Shown here piece by piece: positions 9,841-19,811 of a DNA stretch of 52,427 nucleotides (its first letter is position 1; each line of letters starts with the position of its first letter). The stretch is from Clostridia bacterium (GTDB taxonomy: Bacteria > Bacillota > Clostridia > Oscillospirales > CAG-272). The translations under genes were made by a program, and so were the position numbers. The DNA lies in contig JAFSUT010000099.1 in the NCBI GenBank assembly GCA_017445085.1, positions 1 to 52,427 of the forward strand. Reading direction: 5' to 3'. A model generated the notes under the pieces. It searched no databases. It worked only from the letters and a program-made list of their open reading frames with translations, and was not told the origin of the DNA.

Positions 9841-10086
9841 ATGTTGTACATTGGAAGAAAGCCGAAACAGACCAATCCCGGCACGATCGCGTTGATCGTG
9901 ATTTCCGCCATCGCGGGGATCGCGGCGCTTGCCATTGCCGCATACAAACTCTATCAGCGTTACGTTCCCGCTTGCATCGACTGCGAGTGCGAAGACTTTT
10001 TGGACGACGAAGACGCGCCGGAAGACGTGCATATCGAAGTTGAGCGCGACGAAAGCGCCGACGATACCGAGTTTGAAGATAAATAA
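9841..10086 (+). CDS. small single-pass membrane protein with CxxCxC and a strongly acidic tail
   Basis: 81 aa. AGGAGGA RBS 7 nt upstream, one TM helix (IALIVISAIAGIAALAIAAY), and its own promoter and terminator. Confidence 0.7.
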   Translation: MLYIGRKPKQTNPGTIALIVISAIAGIAALAIAAYKLYQRYVPACIDCECEDFLDDEDAPEDVHIEVERDESADDTEFEDK

Positions 10087-10101
10087 GGTTTTACGAAAAA
10101 A

Positions 10102-10130
10102 AGGACTGCGCCGCAGTCCTTTTTTTGTTT
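10102..10130 (+). terminator. rho-independent terminator
   Basis: AGGACTGC / GCAGTCCT stem with a 3-nt loop, followed by a T-run. Confidence 0.7.
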
Positions 10131-10163
10131 TTCGCACGCCTGCGATATTTTCGCCGCGCCCCC

Positions 10164-10192
10164 TTGACATTCCGTATACGATATGCTATACT
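10164..10192 (+). promoter_or_regulatory. consensus sigma-70-type promoter for the marR/acyl-CoA ligase pair
   Basis: TTGACA (10164-10169), 17 nt, TATACT (10187-10192). Confidence 0.6.
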
Positions 10193-10260
10193 TTTTTCGT
10201 TCTAAATAAAACGATTTTATCCAAAACGGTTTGGGAGGTGTAACTACGGATACGAAAAAA

Positions 10261-10737
10261 ATGCGATTTCGGCCGTACGAGATCTTTGCCAAGTTTATGA
10301 GCCTCGGCAAATCCATGCGCTTTCACTGTCACCGCGCCGTGATGGAAGACGGCTTTTCGCTCAACGAGACCGACGTGCTGCTTTCGCTTTCGGCAGCGCC
10401 CGAAAACAACACCGTCAAAGCCATCAGCGAGGCGGCGGGCATCTCCAAAGGCAATATTTCCACCGCGGTGGAGACTCTGCGCAAAAAAGGCTATGTCTCG
10501 GTCAACGTGGACGCGGCGGATCGCCGCCTGCTCACCGTGGAACTGACCGAAAAAGCGGCGCCCGTCCTTGAAAAACTTGCCGCCGCAGAGGAGGAATACT
10601 TCTCCGGCTTTATGCGGTCGATCGACCGCGACCATATTTCTCTGGTCAACCGCGTATTCTCTTCTATCCAGCAGTTTTCACCGGCGGCGTTTTTGAAAAA
10701 ACTCTCAGGAAAGGACAACGACAATGAGAAAAACTGA
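10261..10737 (+). CDS. MarR-family transcriptional regulator
   Basis: Winged-helix pattern (ETDVLLSLS...NTVKAISEAAGISKGNISTAVETLRKKGYV...DRR). The start is uncertain: ATG 10261 or the TTG at 10231, which overlaps a GGGAGG. Confidence 0.8.
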   Translation: MRFRPYEIFAKFMSLGKSMRFHCHRAVMEDGFSLNETDVLLSLSAAPENNTVKAISEAAGISKGNISTAVETLRKKGYVSVNVDAADRRLLTVELTEKAAPVLEKLAAAEEEYFSGFMRSIDRDHISLVNRVFSSIQQFSPAAFLKKLSGKDNDNEKN

Positions 10738-12406
10738 ACGTGTCTTTACGCCCATTTCCGATTTTAAGCATCTCCTCACATTGATGGGTGCCCACGGCGA
10801 CAAAGTGCTGTTTGACTATTTTGACCGGGAGGGCAACGTACATACCCTCTCCTACGGCGGCTTTGAAGCGCGCGTCCTCGCCTTTTTGTCCGGACTCGCA
10901 AGCGAAAATCTCGTCGGCAAGCGCATCGCCGTCATCGGCGAGACCTCGCCCGCCTGGTACACCGCCTATTTTTCCGCCATCATCGGCGGCGGCGTTGCCA
11001 TACCGCTGGACAAGGAACTTGCGACAAACGAGATCGAAAACTTCCTCGTGCGCGCCGAAGCGGACGTCGTCGTCTTTTCGCTCCTGTTTGAAAACAAATT
11101 CCGCGATATGGCAAAGCGCCATCCGGAAATCGTCTTTCTTCCGATGGAAAAGCCGACCGCAAGCGCCCCCTATCACGCGCCGATGGACGAGGTGATCGCC
11201 GCCGGCGCGGCGCATCCCTTTGTGCCGGCGGACGCGCGCGACCTTGACCGGCTGACGGTTTTGCTGTTTACTTCGGGCACCACCGGCACTTCCAAATGCG
11301 TGATGCTCTCCGAGCGCAACCTTTGCAGCAACATCAACGCCGCGTGCGCCTCGGTCTACTTTTGCGCCGAGGACGTACTTTTGTCGGTGCTCCCCGTACA
11401 TCACACCTATGAACTCACCTGCTCGCTTGCGGGGATGTGCTACGGGATGGAAATTGCCATCAACGACTCGCTCCGCCATGTGATGCGCAACATTCAGCGT
11501 TTCCGCCCGACGGCGCTCGTCCTCGTGCCGCTCTTTCTCACCACGATGGACAAAAAGATCTGGGACGAGATCCGCAAAAAGGGCAAAGTCCGCTTTGTCA
11601 AAGCGGCGCTCGCCGCTTCCGACGGGCTCCGCCGCATCGGTCTTGACGCAAGTTCCGTCCTGTTTCGGGAGATCCGCGCCGCATTCGGCGGTCGCCTCCA
11701 AAAGATCATCGTCGGCGGCGCGCCGCTCGACCAGCATACCGCCGCGACCTTCCGCTCGCTCGGCATCCACGTTTGGGAGGGCTACGGCATCACCGAGTGC
11801 TCGCCCCTGATCGCCGTGGACGTCTACTACAAGTCAAAGCCCGGCTCGGTCGGCCCCGCGGTCAACTGCTGCACGGTCCGTATCGAGGACACGGTCCCCG
11901 ACGAGGCGGGACACGCCATCGGTGAGATCTGTGTACACGGCGAAAATGTCATGCTCGGCTACTACAAAGACGAAGAGGCGACCAAAGCCGCCTTTACCGA
12001 GGACGGTTGGTTCCGCACCGGCGACCTCGGCTATACCGACAAGGACGGCTATATCTACATCACCGGGCGCAAAAAGTCGGTGATCGTCCTCGAAAACGGC
12101 AAAAACGTATTCCCCGAAGAAATTGAGGAATACCTCGCCACCATCGACCTCATCGAAGAGTGCGTTGTGGTCGGCAGACCGACCGGCGAGCACGGCGCCC
12201 TCCGCCTGACCGCGCTGATCTATCCCCGCCGCGAGTGCTTTGACCCGTCGGCGACCGAGACGGAGATCTACGATAAGATCAAGGCGGAGATCGACAAACT
12301 CAACCGCCGCCTGCTCTCCTACAAGCAGATCCACCGCATTGAGCTGCGGGATACGCCGTTTGAAAAAACGACCTCCCGTAAGATCAAGCGGCATCTCGTC
12401 AAATAA
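10724..12406 (+). CDS. AMP-dependent synthetase / long-chain acyl-CoA ligase
   Basis: 560 aa. AMP-binding signature LFTSGTTGTSKCVMLSERNL, then GYGITE and TGDLGYTDKDGYIYITGRKK motifs. Overlaps marR by 14 nt. Confidence 0.85.
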   Translation: MRKTERVFTPISDFKHLLTLMGAHGDKVLFDYFDREGNVHTLSYGGFEARVLAFLSGLASENLVGKRIAVIGETSPAWYTAYFSAIIGGGVAIPLDKELATNEIENFLVRAEADVVVFSLLFENKFRDMAKRHPEIVFLPMEKPTASAPYHAPMDEVIAAGAAHPFVPADARDLDRLTVLLFTSGTTGTSKCVMLSERNLCSNINAACASVYFCAEDVLLSVLPVHHTYELTCSLAGMCYGMEIAINDSLRHVMRNIQRFRPTALVLVPLFLTTMDKKIWDEIRKKGKVRFVKAALAASDGLRRIGLDASSVLFREIRAAFGGRLQKIIVGGAPLDQHTAATFRSLGIHVWEGYGITECSPLIAVDVYYKSKPGSVGPAVNCCTVRIEDTVPDEAGHAIGEICVHGENVMLGYYKDEEATKAAFTEDGWFRTGDLGYTDKDGYIYITGRKKSVIVLENGKNVFPEEIEEYLATIDLIEECVVVGRPTGEHGALRLTALIYPRRECFDPSATETEIYDKIKAEIDKLNRRLLSYKQIHRIELRDTPFEKTTSRKIKRHLVK

Positions 12407-12413
12407 ATGCGAC

Positions 12414-12456
12414 AAAAAACGGCAAGATCCCTTTTTCGGGATCTTGCCGTTTTTTC
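12414..12456. terminator. bidirectional rho-independent terminator between convergent genes
   Basis: 13-bp stem ACGGCAAGATCCC / GGGATCTTGCCGT flanked by an A-run and a T-run. Confidence 0.75.
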
Positions 12457-12475
12457 GTTTATGAGCGTATCTCGT

Positions 12476-13045
12476 CTAAGGCAAGAGCGTATACGCGTGC
12501 GCGGTAAGATCGACGACGTAGCCGCCGCCCGGCGGCGGCTGCCACGCATAGCGGTTTTTATTTTCCTCGGGAAAGAGATGCGCCATGAGGACGGCGATCA
12601 CGCCGCCGTGCGTGACGAGCAGCGTATCCCGCCCGTCCGCCAAAAGCCGCGCAAGCCCCGAAAGCACGCGCGCGCGCATCCGGTTTCCGCTCTCGCCGCC
12701 GGGGGCGATATTTGCCTCGTTGTCGCCGGAGATCCAGGCGATATAGGCGGGATCATTTTGCATTTCCGCATACGAGCGCATTTCAAACGCGCCGAAATCC
12801 ATCTCGCAAAAGGCGGGGTCGATCTCGTGCGGCAGGGCGCCGAAATAAATCTCCAGCGTTTCCTCACAGCGTTTCATTCCGCTGCTCACGCACCGCAGGG
12901 CGGCAAGATCCAACGGGGGCAAATCCCCTCGCCTTTTCTGCAACTGCCGCACACCGCGCGCCGAGAGCGAAAGATCTGTCTTTCCGCAGTAGAGGTGCTT
13001 TTCTCCGGCAAGCGTCATCCCGTGACGCACAAGGATAAGTTTCAT
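12476..13045 (-). CDS. cobC: alpha-ribazole phosphatase (histidine phosphatase family)
   Basis: The internal start MKLILVRHGMT (ATG 13043-13045, ATGA overlap with the upstream gene) gives 189 aa with the RHG catalytic motif. Last gene of the cob operon. Confidence 0.8.
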   Translation of the reverse strand: MKLILVRHGMTLAGEKHLYCGKTDLSLSARGVRQLQKRRGDLPPLDLAALRCVSSGMKRCEETLEIYFGALPHEIDPAFCEMDFGAFEMRSYAEMQNDPAYIAWISGDNEANIAPGGESGNRMRARVLSGLARLLADGRDTLLVTHGGVIAVLMAHLFPEENKNRYAWQPPPGGGYVVDLTAHAYTLLP

Positions 13046-13419
13046 TTCAGCACCTGCGCAAGTCCGCAAAACATACGGGTCACGTGCACAGCCTCCCGGG
13101 AAAGATACGCGCAGAGTTCTCCCGTCACCTCGCGCCAGGCGCGCATCTCCGCGCCCATCGGCACGACGCCGCAAAAGATGTCCTCGCAGATGAGGACGCT
13201 GTTTTCCCATTCTTTTGCGTGCGCCCGAAAGACCTCTGTCGCGTTCACGCCGTCTTTGACACACCGGAGCGTGTAAAGTTCCAGGTGGTCAATGCACCGC
13301 GCGCCGAGGGGGAGATCGCCGCGCTCGGTGCAGCTTGCGATCTGCGCGTCCGTCAGCGCGTATTTTTCCTTTGCGTATGCGCGTTTCCCCTGATACGCGC
13401 CGCCGATGATCAAATCCAT
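13042..13419 (-). CDS. truncated CobU-like protein (degenerate P-loop, CobU C-terminal half)
   Basis: Start MDLIIGGAYQGKRAYA (ATG 13417-13419, GGAGGA upstream). The C-terminus (VLICEDIFCGVVPMGAEMRAWREVTGELCAYLSREAVHVTRMFCGL) parallels the CobU C-terminal region. The central part of CobU is absent. Confidence 0.6.
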   Translation of the reverse strand: MDLIIGGAYQGKRAYAKEKYALTDAQIASCTERGDLPLGARCIDHLELYTLRCVKDGVNATEVFRAHAKEWENSVLICEDIFCGVVPMGAEMRAWREVTGELCAYLSREAVHVTRMFCGLAQVLK

Positions 13420-13433
13420 TGGTAAGATCCTCC

Positions 13434-14183
13434 TTAAATCAGCGCGTAAAGCGCGATGCCGCACAGTTCGCCAAAGGTCAGCGCATAGCCGGAGATATCC
13501 CCCGACATCCCGCCGAGCGCACGGACGCCGCGAAAAAGATACAAAAGATAGCCGCCGAGCGTAAAGAGCGCGGCAAACCCGTATTTACCGAGAAAGAGAA
13601 AGCCGAGCGTGACCGAGAGCACGAGGATCAGCGACAAGAGGACGACCGTTGAGATTTGGATCCCCTCCTGATATATCCCTGCGTACCGGCTGACCGCGAT
13701 CGGGCGCAAAACCGTCACGGCAAGCGCCGCCGCCGTCCTCGACGCCGTAAAGATCAAAATCAGCGCCCGCGAATCCGCATCCGCCCCCGCCGAGGTGAAA
13801 AAGGCAAACTGCGCCACGACGAGCAGGGCGGCGGACAGTACCGCAAACGAGCCGACGTGCGGATCTTTCAGGATCTTTCGGCGCTCGTCAAGGTCGCGCC
13901 GCGATTTGAGCGCGTCCACCGTGTCACAAAAGCCGTCCATGTGGATCCCGCCCGTCAAAAAGAACGGCAGGGCGCAAAGCAGGACGCCGCCGACCGGCTG
14001 CGGCAGAGGGAGCAGGCGCAAAAGATACGCCGCCGCCGCACAGATCCCGCCGAGGAGAACGCCGAGGAGCGGGAGAAAGAGCGGCATTTTCGGCCGCGCC
14101 TCCTCATCCCACACGGGGCGCGGCCACGGGAGCACGCTGAAGGTCGTCAGGCACATCACAAAAGCATGAAAACAGGTTTTCAA
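13434..14183 (-). CDS. cobS: adenosylcobinamide-GDP ribazoletransferase (cobalamin synthase)
   Basis: 249-aa polytopic membrane protein with the CobS motifs GGIHMDGFCDTVD and GGMSGD. Confidence 0.9.
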   Translation of the reverse strand: MKTCFHAFVMCLTTFSVLPWPRPVWDEEARPKMPLFLPLLGVLLGGICAAAAYLLRLLPLPQPVGGVLLCALPFFLTGGIHMDGFCDTVDALKSRRDLDERRKILKDPHVGSFAVLSAALLVVAQFAFFTSAGADADSRALILIFTASRTAAALAVTVLRPIAVSRYAGIYQEGIQISTVVLLSLILVLSVTLGFLFLGKYGFAALFTLGGYLLYLFRGVRALGGMSGDISGYALTFGELCGIALYALI

Positions 14184-14722
14184 AAGTCAAGTCCCCCTTT
14201 ATGGCAGATCACGTTGGTCACGCAAAGTTCAACGACGGTGTCACACACGGCGGCAAGCGCACGATCCACGGCGGCAAGCGCGGCGCGAAAGTTTTCGGTA
14301 GAGGCGTCGTACCGCGCGGCGTCCGCGTAGAGGTAATCGGTGACAAACACCGCGTTTTTTGCCGTTTTTGCGATCTCGCAAAGCCCGGCGATACAGCGGT
14401 TTGCCGCCCCATCGTCCACGCTTTTGCCCGCAAAAGGAAACATCTCGTTGACAAGGAGCGCGGTCGTACTGTCGATGAGAAACGTACCGCCGCGATTTGC
14501 ACGCGTAAGGCAGCCGGCAATATCCCTGCCCTGCTCGATCGTTTGAAAGCCCTTGTCCGCGCGCTCGGCGATATGGCGTGCGATCCGTGCGCGATCCTCT
14601 CCGTCAAACGGGACCATCGTGGCGACGTAGTAGCGGTCGCCCGCGGCGGAGAGCCGCACGGCGATATCCTCCGCAAAGGCGGTTTTGCCGTTTTTGCATC
14701 CGCCGGAAATCAAAATGTTCAT
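14180..14722 (-). CDS. cobU: adenosylcobinamide kinase / adenosylcobinamide-phosphate guanylyltransferase
   Basis: 180 aa. P-loop ISGGCKNGKT, ARIARHIAER (His region), and a C-terminal VFVTDYLY... block. Confidence 0.9.
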   Translation of the reverse strand: MNILISGGCKNGKTAFAEDIAVRLSAAGDRYYVATMVPFDGEDRARIARHIAERADKGFQTIEQGRDIAGCLTRANRGGTFLIDSTTALLVNEMFPFAGKSVDDGAANRCIAGLCEIAKTAKNAVFVTDYLYADAARYDASTENFRAALAAVDRALAAVCDTVVELCVTNVICHKGGLDF

Positions 14723-15852
14723 TCCTTTTCCCCTACCGAAAAAGCGTCGCCTTTTCGGATCTCATCCAAATAATCGTCGTTGATGTTTGCCTCGTCAAAG
14801 GTCGCCATATCGCAAACGGCGGCGCAGGCGGCATCCAGCATCATCATGGCGATCGGGCAGCCGCTCCCCTCGCCGAGCCGCATACCGAGGTCAAACAGCG
14901 GTCGGATCTCAAGTTCATTTGCGGCAACGCGGTAGCCGATCTCAAACGAGGCGTGCGACGGGATCATATAGGCGCGCGCCGCCGGACACAGCCGGTAGGC
15001 GCAAAGCGCCGCCACGATCGAGATCAAGCCGTCGATCACCACGGGGACGCGGTGCTTTGCCGCGCCGAGAAACGCGCCGGTCATCGCCGCAATGTCAAGC
15101 CCCCCGACCTTTGCCAACACGTCCACGACGTCGTTTTTATCCGGTCGGTTGCGTGCCACGGCGCCGGAGATCACCGCGCATTTGTGCCGGTACGCCGCGT
15201 CGGTCAGTCCCGCGCCGCGCCCGGTAAGCGTTGCGGCGTCCCGCCCCGTGAGGGCGGCGAGCACCGCGGCGGACGTTGTGGTGTTGCCGATGCCCATTTC
15301 ACCGACGCCGAGGACGTCCACGCCCTCCCGCGCCGCATCCGCGGCAAGCGACGCGCCGCAAAGGATGGCGCGGAGCGCCTCCTCTCTCGTCATCGCCGCC
15401 GTCTTTGCGATATTTTTCGTGCCGTAGGCGATCTTGCGGTCAAGCACCGCGCCGTCACAAACCGCGGCGTTGATGCCGACGTCAACGACGCAGACCTCAC
15501 AGCCAAAGCGCTTTGCCAGCACCGCCACACCGCTTTTGCCGTGCGCCATATTCAAAGTCTGCGCAAGCGTTACCGCAGGCGGTGCGCTTGCCACGCCCTC
15601 TTCTACGACGCCGTTGTCGGCGCAAAATACGAGAATGCGCTTTTTGTCGAGCCGGTTCTTCACCCGCCCGGTGATCCCGCTGAGCTGCAGGGAGAGTTCT
15701 TCCAGCCGCCCGAGGCTGCCCGGCGGTTTTGCCAGCCGCGCCTGATACGCCTTTGCGGCAAGGACGGCGGCGGCGTCCGGCGCCTCCACGGCGAGGATCA
15801 GTTTTTGCAGGGTTTCTTGCAGTTGCTCCACTGTTCTGCCCTCCAAACTCAA
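14719..15852 (-). CDS. cobT: nicotinate-nucleotide--dimethylbenzimidazole phosphoribosyltransferase
   Basis: 377 aa with GEMGIGNTTTSAAV and LGEGSG motifs. Confidence 0.9.
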   Translation of the reverse strand: MSLEGRTVEQLQETLQKLILAVEAPDAAAVLAAKAYQARLAKPPGSLGRLEELSLQLSGITGRVKNRLDKKRILVFCADNGVVEEGVASAPPAVTLAQTLNMAHGKSGVAVLAKRFGCEVCVVDVGINAAVCDGAVLDRKIAYGTKNIAKTAAMTREEALRAILCGASLAADAAREGVDVLGVGEMGIGNTTTSAAVLAALTGRDAATLTGRGAGLTDAAYRHKCAVISGAVARNRPDKNDVVDVLAKVGGLDIAAMTGAFLGAAKHRVPVVIDGLISIVAALCAYRLCPAARAYMIPSHASFEIGYRVAANELEIRPLFDLGMRLGEGSGCPIAMMMLDAACAAVCDMATFDEANINDDYLDEIRKGDAFSVGEKE

Positions 15853-16358
15853 TATTCGATCCCGCGCCGCGCCGGGATCCCGCGATCAAACGGGTGTTTT
15901 ACTTTTTTCATCTCTGTGGCGTAGTCGGCAAGTTCCAAAAGTTCCGGCGCGGGCGACCGCCCGGTCAGCACGATCTCACGCCGCGCCCCCTCGGTTTTCA
16001 AAAGGTCGAGCAGTCTGCCGTGCGTAAAAAATCCGTGCGCGTCCGCGGAGACCGCCTCGTCAAAGACGATCAGATCATACGCAAAGGCACGCCCCGCGAT
16101 CTCGTTTAAGACTTTGTCGTAGCATTCGGCGACCGCCGTGCGCTCTGCTTCGGTCATATTTTTATATCTGCCGTAATAGACGTCCGGGATCTTGACCGTG
16201 ACGTTTTCCACAGCGGAGAGGACGGCGATCTCCGACGAAGAGCCGTCCTTGAAAAATTGCAGAAACAATACGCGCATACCGCTGCCCGCCGCACGCAAGG
16301 CAAGTCCGCAAGCGGCGGTGGTTTTGCCCTTGCCGTCGCCGTAATACAGGTGGATCAT
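15849..16358 (-). CDS. cobO: cob(I)yrinic acid a,c-diamide adenosyltransferase (CobA/CobO/BtuR type)
   Basis: 169 aa. P-loop [12 protein letters not shown], then DLIVFDE and LTGR motifs. Confidence 0.9.
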   Translation of the reverse strand: MIHLYYGDGKGKTTAACGLALRAAGSGMRVLFLQFFKDGSSSEIAVLSAVENVTVKIPDVYYGRYKNMTEAERTAVAECYDKVLNEIAGRAFAYDLIVFDEAVSADAHGFFTHGRLLDLLKTEGARREIVLTGRSPAPELLELADYATEMKKVKHPFDRGIPARRGIEY

Positions 16359-17812
16359 ACGCCGCCCTCCAATATTGAATAGATCATATCCATATCCAGC
16401 GCCGCGCGCACGGCGCTGGCAAGTTCATCATACTGCGACTCACGAAAAGCGCGGGCGTCAAAGCCGGCGGAGGCGTCAAATGTGAGTCCGCGCGCGCGAT
16501 AGAGCGCCTCGACCATGCACGCGGCGATGCCGTCCTCGTCAAAGAGCCCGTGGATATAACTGCCGTACACGTTGCCGTTTTGCAAAACGGCAGTCTGCGT
16601 GCCGCTCTGCCCCATGTGGATCTCATAGCCCCGATAGCGGCGGCCGCACAGATCCGCAAAGATGCCGTCCAGTCCCGAGAGGGTACCCGCCGTTTGCGTG
16701 CGTGTTTTTTCGGCGCCGAACACCGTTTCAAACGGGAACAGCCCCATCCCGCAGATCTCACCGCCCCCCTCGACCGCCTGCGGATCGGAAATCCTTTTGC
16801 CGAGCATCTGAAAGCCGCCGCAGATACCGAAGACCGGCACGCCGCGCGCCGCGGCTTTGAGGACCTCGGCTTCCAGCCCGCTCTGCCGCATCCACTTCAG
16901 ATCGGCGATGGTGGACTTGGTCCCCGGTAGGATCACAAGGTCCGGCGCACCGAAGTCGGAGAGCCGCTTGATATAGCGGAGCGACACGCCGGAAAAATGC
17001 GAAAAGGGTGAAAAATCCGTAAAATTGGAGATGTGCGGCAGCGAGATCACGGCAACGTCGATCTGCCCGCGCGCACCCGCGCGCAATCGCTCGGAAAGGC
17101 TGTCCTCGTCGTCGATCTCCACGTGGAGATACGGGACAACGCCCGCGCAAGGGACCTTGACAAGGTCGTAAAGCATATCCAGCCCCGGGGCGAGAATGGA
17201 AACGTCGCCGCGAAACTTGTTGATGAGCGTGGCTTTGACCATTTTTCGCTCTTCCTCGGACAGGAGCGCGACCGTGCCGTAAAGCTGCGCAAACACGCCG
17301 CCGCGGTCGATATCGCCGACCAGCAGCACCGGTGCGCGTACCATTTTGGCAAGTCCCATATTGACGATATCGTCGGCTTTGAGATTGATCTCCGCCGGGC
17401 TGCCCGCCCCCTCGATCACGATGACGTCGTTTTCGGCGGCGAGGGCGTCGTACGCCTCCATGATCGTCGGCACGAGTTGTTTTTTGTACTTAAAATAATC
17501 GGCGGCGCGCATATTGCCGATCGCCTTGCCGCAGACGATCACCTGCGAGCCGACGTCGGTGGTGGGTTTGAGCAGGATCGGATTCATCAAAACGGAGGGG
17601 GAAAGCCCTGCCGCCTCCGCCTGCACCACCTGCGCCCTGCCCATCTCCAGCCCGTCCTCGGTGATAAACGAGTTGAGCGCCATATTTTGCGACTTAAAGG
17701 GCGCCACGCGGTAGCCGTCCTGTTTGAAAATGCGGCAGAGCGCCGCACAGAGCAGACTTTTTCCCGCGTTTGACATCGTCCCCTGGATCATGATCGGTTT
17801 TGCTTTTTTCAA
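16355..17812 (-). CDS. cbiP: cobyric acid synthase
   Basis: 485 aa. N-terminal ATPase (GTMSNAGKS) plus a GATase-1 domain ([10 protein letters not shown] ... HGLF). Confidence 0.95.
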   Translation of the reverse strand: MKKAKPIMIQGTMSNAGKSLLCAALCRIFKQDGYRVAPFKSQNMALNSFITEDGLEMGRAQVVQAEAAGLSPSVLMNPILLKPTTDVGSQVIVCGKAIGNMRAADYFKYKKQLVPTIMEAYDALAAENDVIVIEGAGSPAEINLKADDIVNMGLAKMVRAPVLLVGDIDRGGVFAQLYGTVALLSEEERKMVKATLINKFRGDVSILAPGLDMLYDLVKVPCAGVVPYLHVEIDDEDSLSERLRAGARGQIDVAVISLPHISNFTDFSPFSHFSGVSLRYIKRLSDFGAPDLVILPGTKSTIADLKWMRQSGLEAEVLKAAARGVPVFGICGGFQMLGKRISDPQAVEGGGEICGMGLFPFETVFGAEKTRTQTAGTLSGLDGIFADLCGRRYRGYEIHMGQSGTQTAVLQNGNVYGSYIHGLFDEDGIAACMVEALYRARGLTFDASAGFDARAFRESQYDELASAVRAALDMDMIYSILEGGV

Positions 17813-18849
17813 CTTAAAACCTCTTTCATCACCGACAGCAGTCGGTCGTTTTCCCCGGGCAGGCGGACGGCAATTCGATAAAATCCTTTGCCGAGCCCCG
17901 GATAGTTTGCACAGTCGCGCACGAGGATCCCGCGCGCAAGCAAGCGACTATACAGGTCACATTTTGCATACACAAGGAGAAAATCGGTTTCACTTGCGTA
18001 CACGGCAAGTCCCATGGCTTGCAAACTTTCTGCGATCCGCCGCCGCTCCGCCGAGATCACCCGCACGGTATCACAAAGCCAGTCGCCGCAAGAGAGCGCC
18101 GCGACGCCCGCCGCCTGCGCGGGGAGCGACACGTTCCAGCCCTGCGTTTTTTGCGACATCCGGCAGAGGAACTCTCCATCCGCGCACATCGCATAGCCGA
18201 GCCTGAGCCCCGGCATGGCAAAACTTTTGGTAAACGCTTTCAGCACCACGAGATTCGGATACCGCAGCAGCAGGCGCGAAACCTCCTCCCGCCGCGGCGT
18301 ATCCGTCAGGTCGTCAAAGCACATATCACAAAACAGATGGACGCCGCGCTTTGCCATTTCTTCGAGGAGAGAGAGGTCTATCGAAACGCCGGTCGGATTG
18401 TTTGGCGAGGCAAGCATCACCGCACCGTAGGCGGCAAAGTCCGCCGACAAAAGATCCGCGTCTGCCCGAAATCCGTTCTCCCGCTTGAGGAAATACTGCG
18501 CAAACGGCAGGTCGGCGGCGCTGCACGCCGCGGCATACTCACAAAACGCGGGGCAGATCAGGAGCACCGGCTTTTCTTTCGGCAGAGCGTAGGCAAAAGC
18601 GTAGATCAGTTCCGCCGCGCCGTTTCCGCAAAGGATCATCCGGCGCGGCACGCCCTCGTAGAGCGCAATTTTTTCCGCAAGCGCACGGCAGGCGGGGTCG
18701 GGATAGGCAACCGACTGCGCGACGGCGGACTCTGCCGCCGCACGGACGGCGGCGGGCATCCCAAACGGGTTGATATTGGCGGAGAAATCCAGACAGCCGC
18801 GATGCGTATAAATATCGCCGCCGTGCGGATTTTGCTCGTCTATATACAC
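17809..18849 (-). CDS. cobD: threonine-phosphate decarboxylase (class I/II aminotransferase fold)
   Basis: Conserved HGGDIY...[11 protein letters not shown] and [14 protein letters not shown] (PLP lysine). The start is set at GTG 18847-18849 ([12 protein letters not shown]). The track ORF's Arg-rich first ~105 aa lie inside cbiB. The start is uncertain by a few codons. Confidence 0.8.
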   Translation of the reverse strand: MYIDEQNPHGGDIYTHRGCLDFSANINPFGMPAAVRAAAESAVAQSVAYPDPACRALAEKIALYEGVPRRMILCGNGAAELIYAFAYALPKEKPVLLICPAFCEYAAACSAADLPFAQYFLKRENGFRADADLLSADFAAYGAVMLASPNNPTGVSIDLSLLEEMAKRGVHLFCDMCFDDLTDTPRREEVSRLLLRYPNLVVLKAFTKSFAMPGLRLGYAMCADGEFLCRMSQKTQGWNVSLPAQAAGVAALSCGDWLCDTVRVISAERRRIAESLQAMGLAVYASETDFLLVYAKCDLYSRLLARGILVRDCANYPGLGKGFYRIAVRLPGENDRLLSVMKEVLS

Positions 18850-19811
18850 AGAAAGATCACCCCGGTTCGCAAAAGAAGTCCCAAACAGAGAAAGAGGAGA
18901 GACGCGGCGTACATTTGGCGGTTGGCACGCCCGATGTCGGCGGGCTCGATTTTTCGCAAATCGTCGCCGATGTATTCTTTTTTGCAGAGGACGCCGCCGT
19001 AGACCGCATCGCCCGCGAGCCGCACGCCGAGCGCCCCGGCGCACACCGACTCGGTCTGTGCGCTGTTCGGACTTGCGTGCTTTTTGCGGTCGCGGCAAAA
19101 AATTCGCCACGCGCCGCCGGCGTCCAGCCCGAGGAGCGGGCAGACGCAGATCATACAAAGCGCACAAAGGCGGGACGGGATAAAGTTTGCGGCGTCGTCG
19201 GTCTTTGCGGCGACTCTGCCGAAATACAAGTATTTTTCATTTTTGTAGCCGAGCATCGAGTCCATGGTGTTGACCGCTTTGTAAAAAAAGCCGCCGACCG
19301 CACCAAAGAGGAACATCCAAAAGAGGGGGGCGACCACGCCGTCCGATGCGTTTTCGGCAACCGTTTCCACCGCAGCGCGGCAGATACCGTCGCCATCCAA
19401 AACGTCGGTATCCCGCCCGACGATATAGGACACCGCGCGACGTGCACACGGGATATCGCCCGCCGCCAGCGCCTTTTGCACCCTGCCGCTCTCACGGGCA
19501 AGCTGCCGTGCGGCAACGAGCTGCCAGCACATCACGCTGTCAAGGAGAAAATACAGGAGCGGATGCAGCCGCCACGCAAGGAGGAGCACCGCCGCCGGCA
19601 GGATAGAAGAGAGGACGGTGACAAGCAGCACCGTCAAAAAACCGCGAAAGACGTCGGCTTTACCGCCGCGGCGCAAGCGCCCCTCAAAAAACGAGATCAG
19701 TTTGCCGATGCCGACCACGGGATGCGGCAGGGCGTGCGGGTCGCCGACGAAAAAATCAATGAGAAAGCCGCAAAAGATCGCGGCGGTTTGATAGATCAAC
19801 CACGCGCTCAT
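18840..19811 (-). CDS. cbiB: adenosylcobinamide-phosphate synthase
   Basis: Start MSAWLIYQTAAIF (ATGA overlap with the upstream stop). Membrane protein with the DPHALPHPV motif. Ends in TAG (18840-18842). Confidence 0.9.
   Translation of the reverse strand: MSAWLIYQTAAIFCGFLIDFFVGDPHALPHPVVGIGKLISFFEGRLRRGGKADVFRGFLTVLLVTVLSSILPAAVLLLAWRLHPLLYFLLDSVMCWQLVAARQLARESGRVQKALAAGDIPCARRAVSYIVGRDTDVLDGDGICRAAVETVAENASDGVVAPLFWMFLFGAVGGFFYKAVNTMDSMLGYKNEKYLYFGRVAAKTDDAANFIPSRLCALCMICVCPLLGLDAGGAWRIFCRDRKKHASPNSAQTESVCAGALGVRLAGDAVYGGVLCKKEYIGDDLRKIEPADIGRANRQMYAASLLFLCLGLLLRTGVIFLCI

Noticed and set aside
10186-10635. 149-aa minus-strand ORF opposite the MarR gene.
   Set aside because: It is antisense to a clear winged-helix regulator, has no start context, and shows GC-shadow composition.
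13042-13419. The short CobU-like gene as a simple frameshifted fragment of cobU.
   Set aside because: A complete cobU lies two genes upstream. The short gene has its own RBS and ATG and clean ATGA couplings on both sides, so it looks like a maintained separate gene rather than debris.
17809-19167. N-terminal extensions of track ORFs: cobD 452 aa, yggS 304 aa, cobC 262 aa, cbiC 246 aa, cbiK 439 aa, PfkB kinase 406 aa, miaA 339 aa, HlyD-like 438 aa.
   Set aside because: The upstream portions overlap the preceding gene or promoter and are basic low-complexity sequence. Internal starts with an RBS or ATGA coupling give lengths typical for each family.
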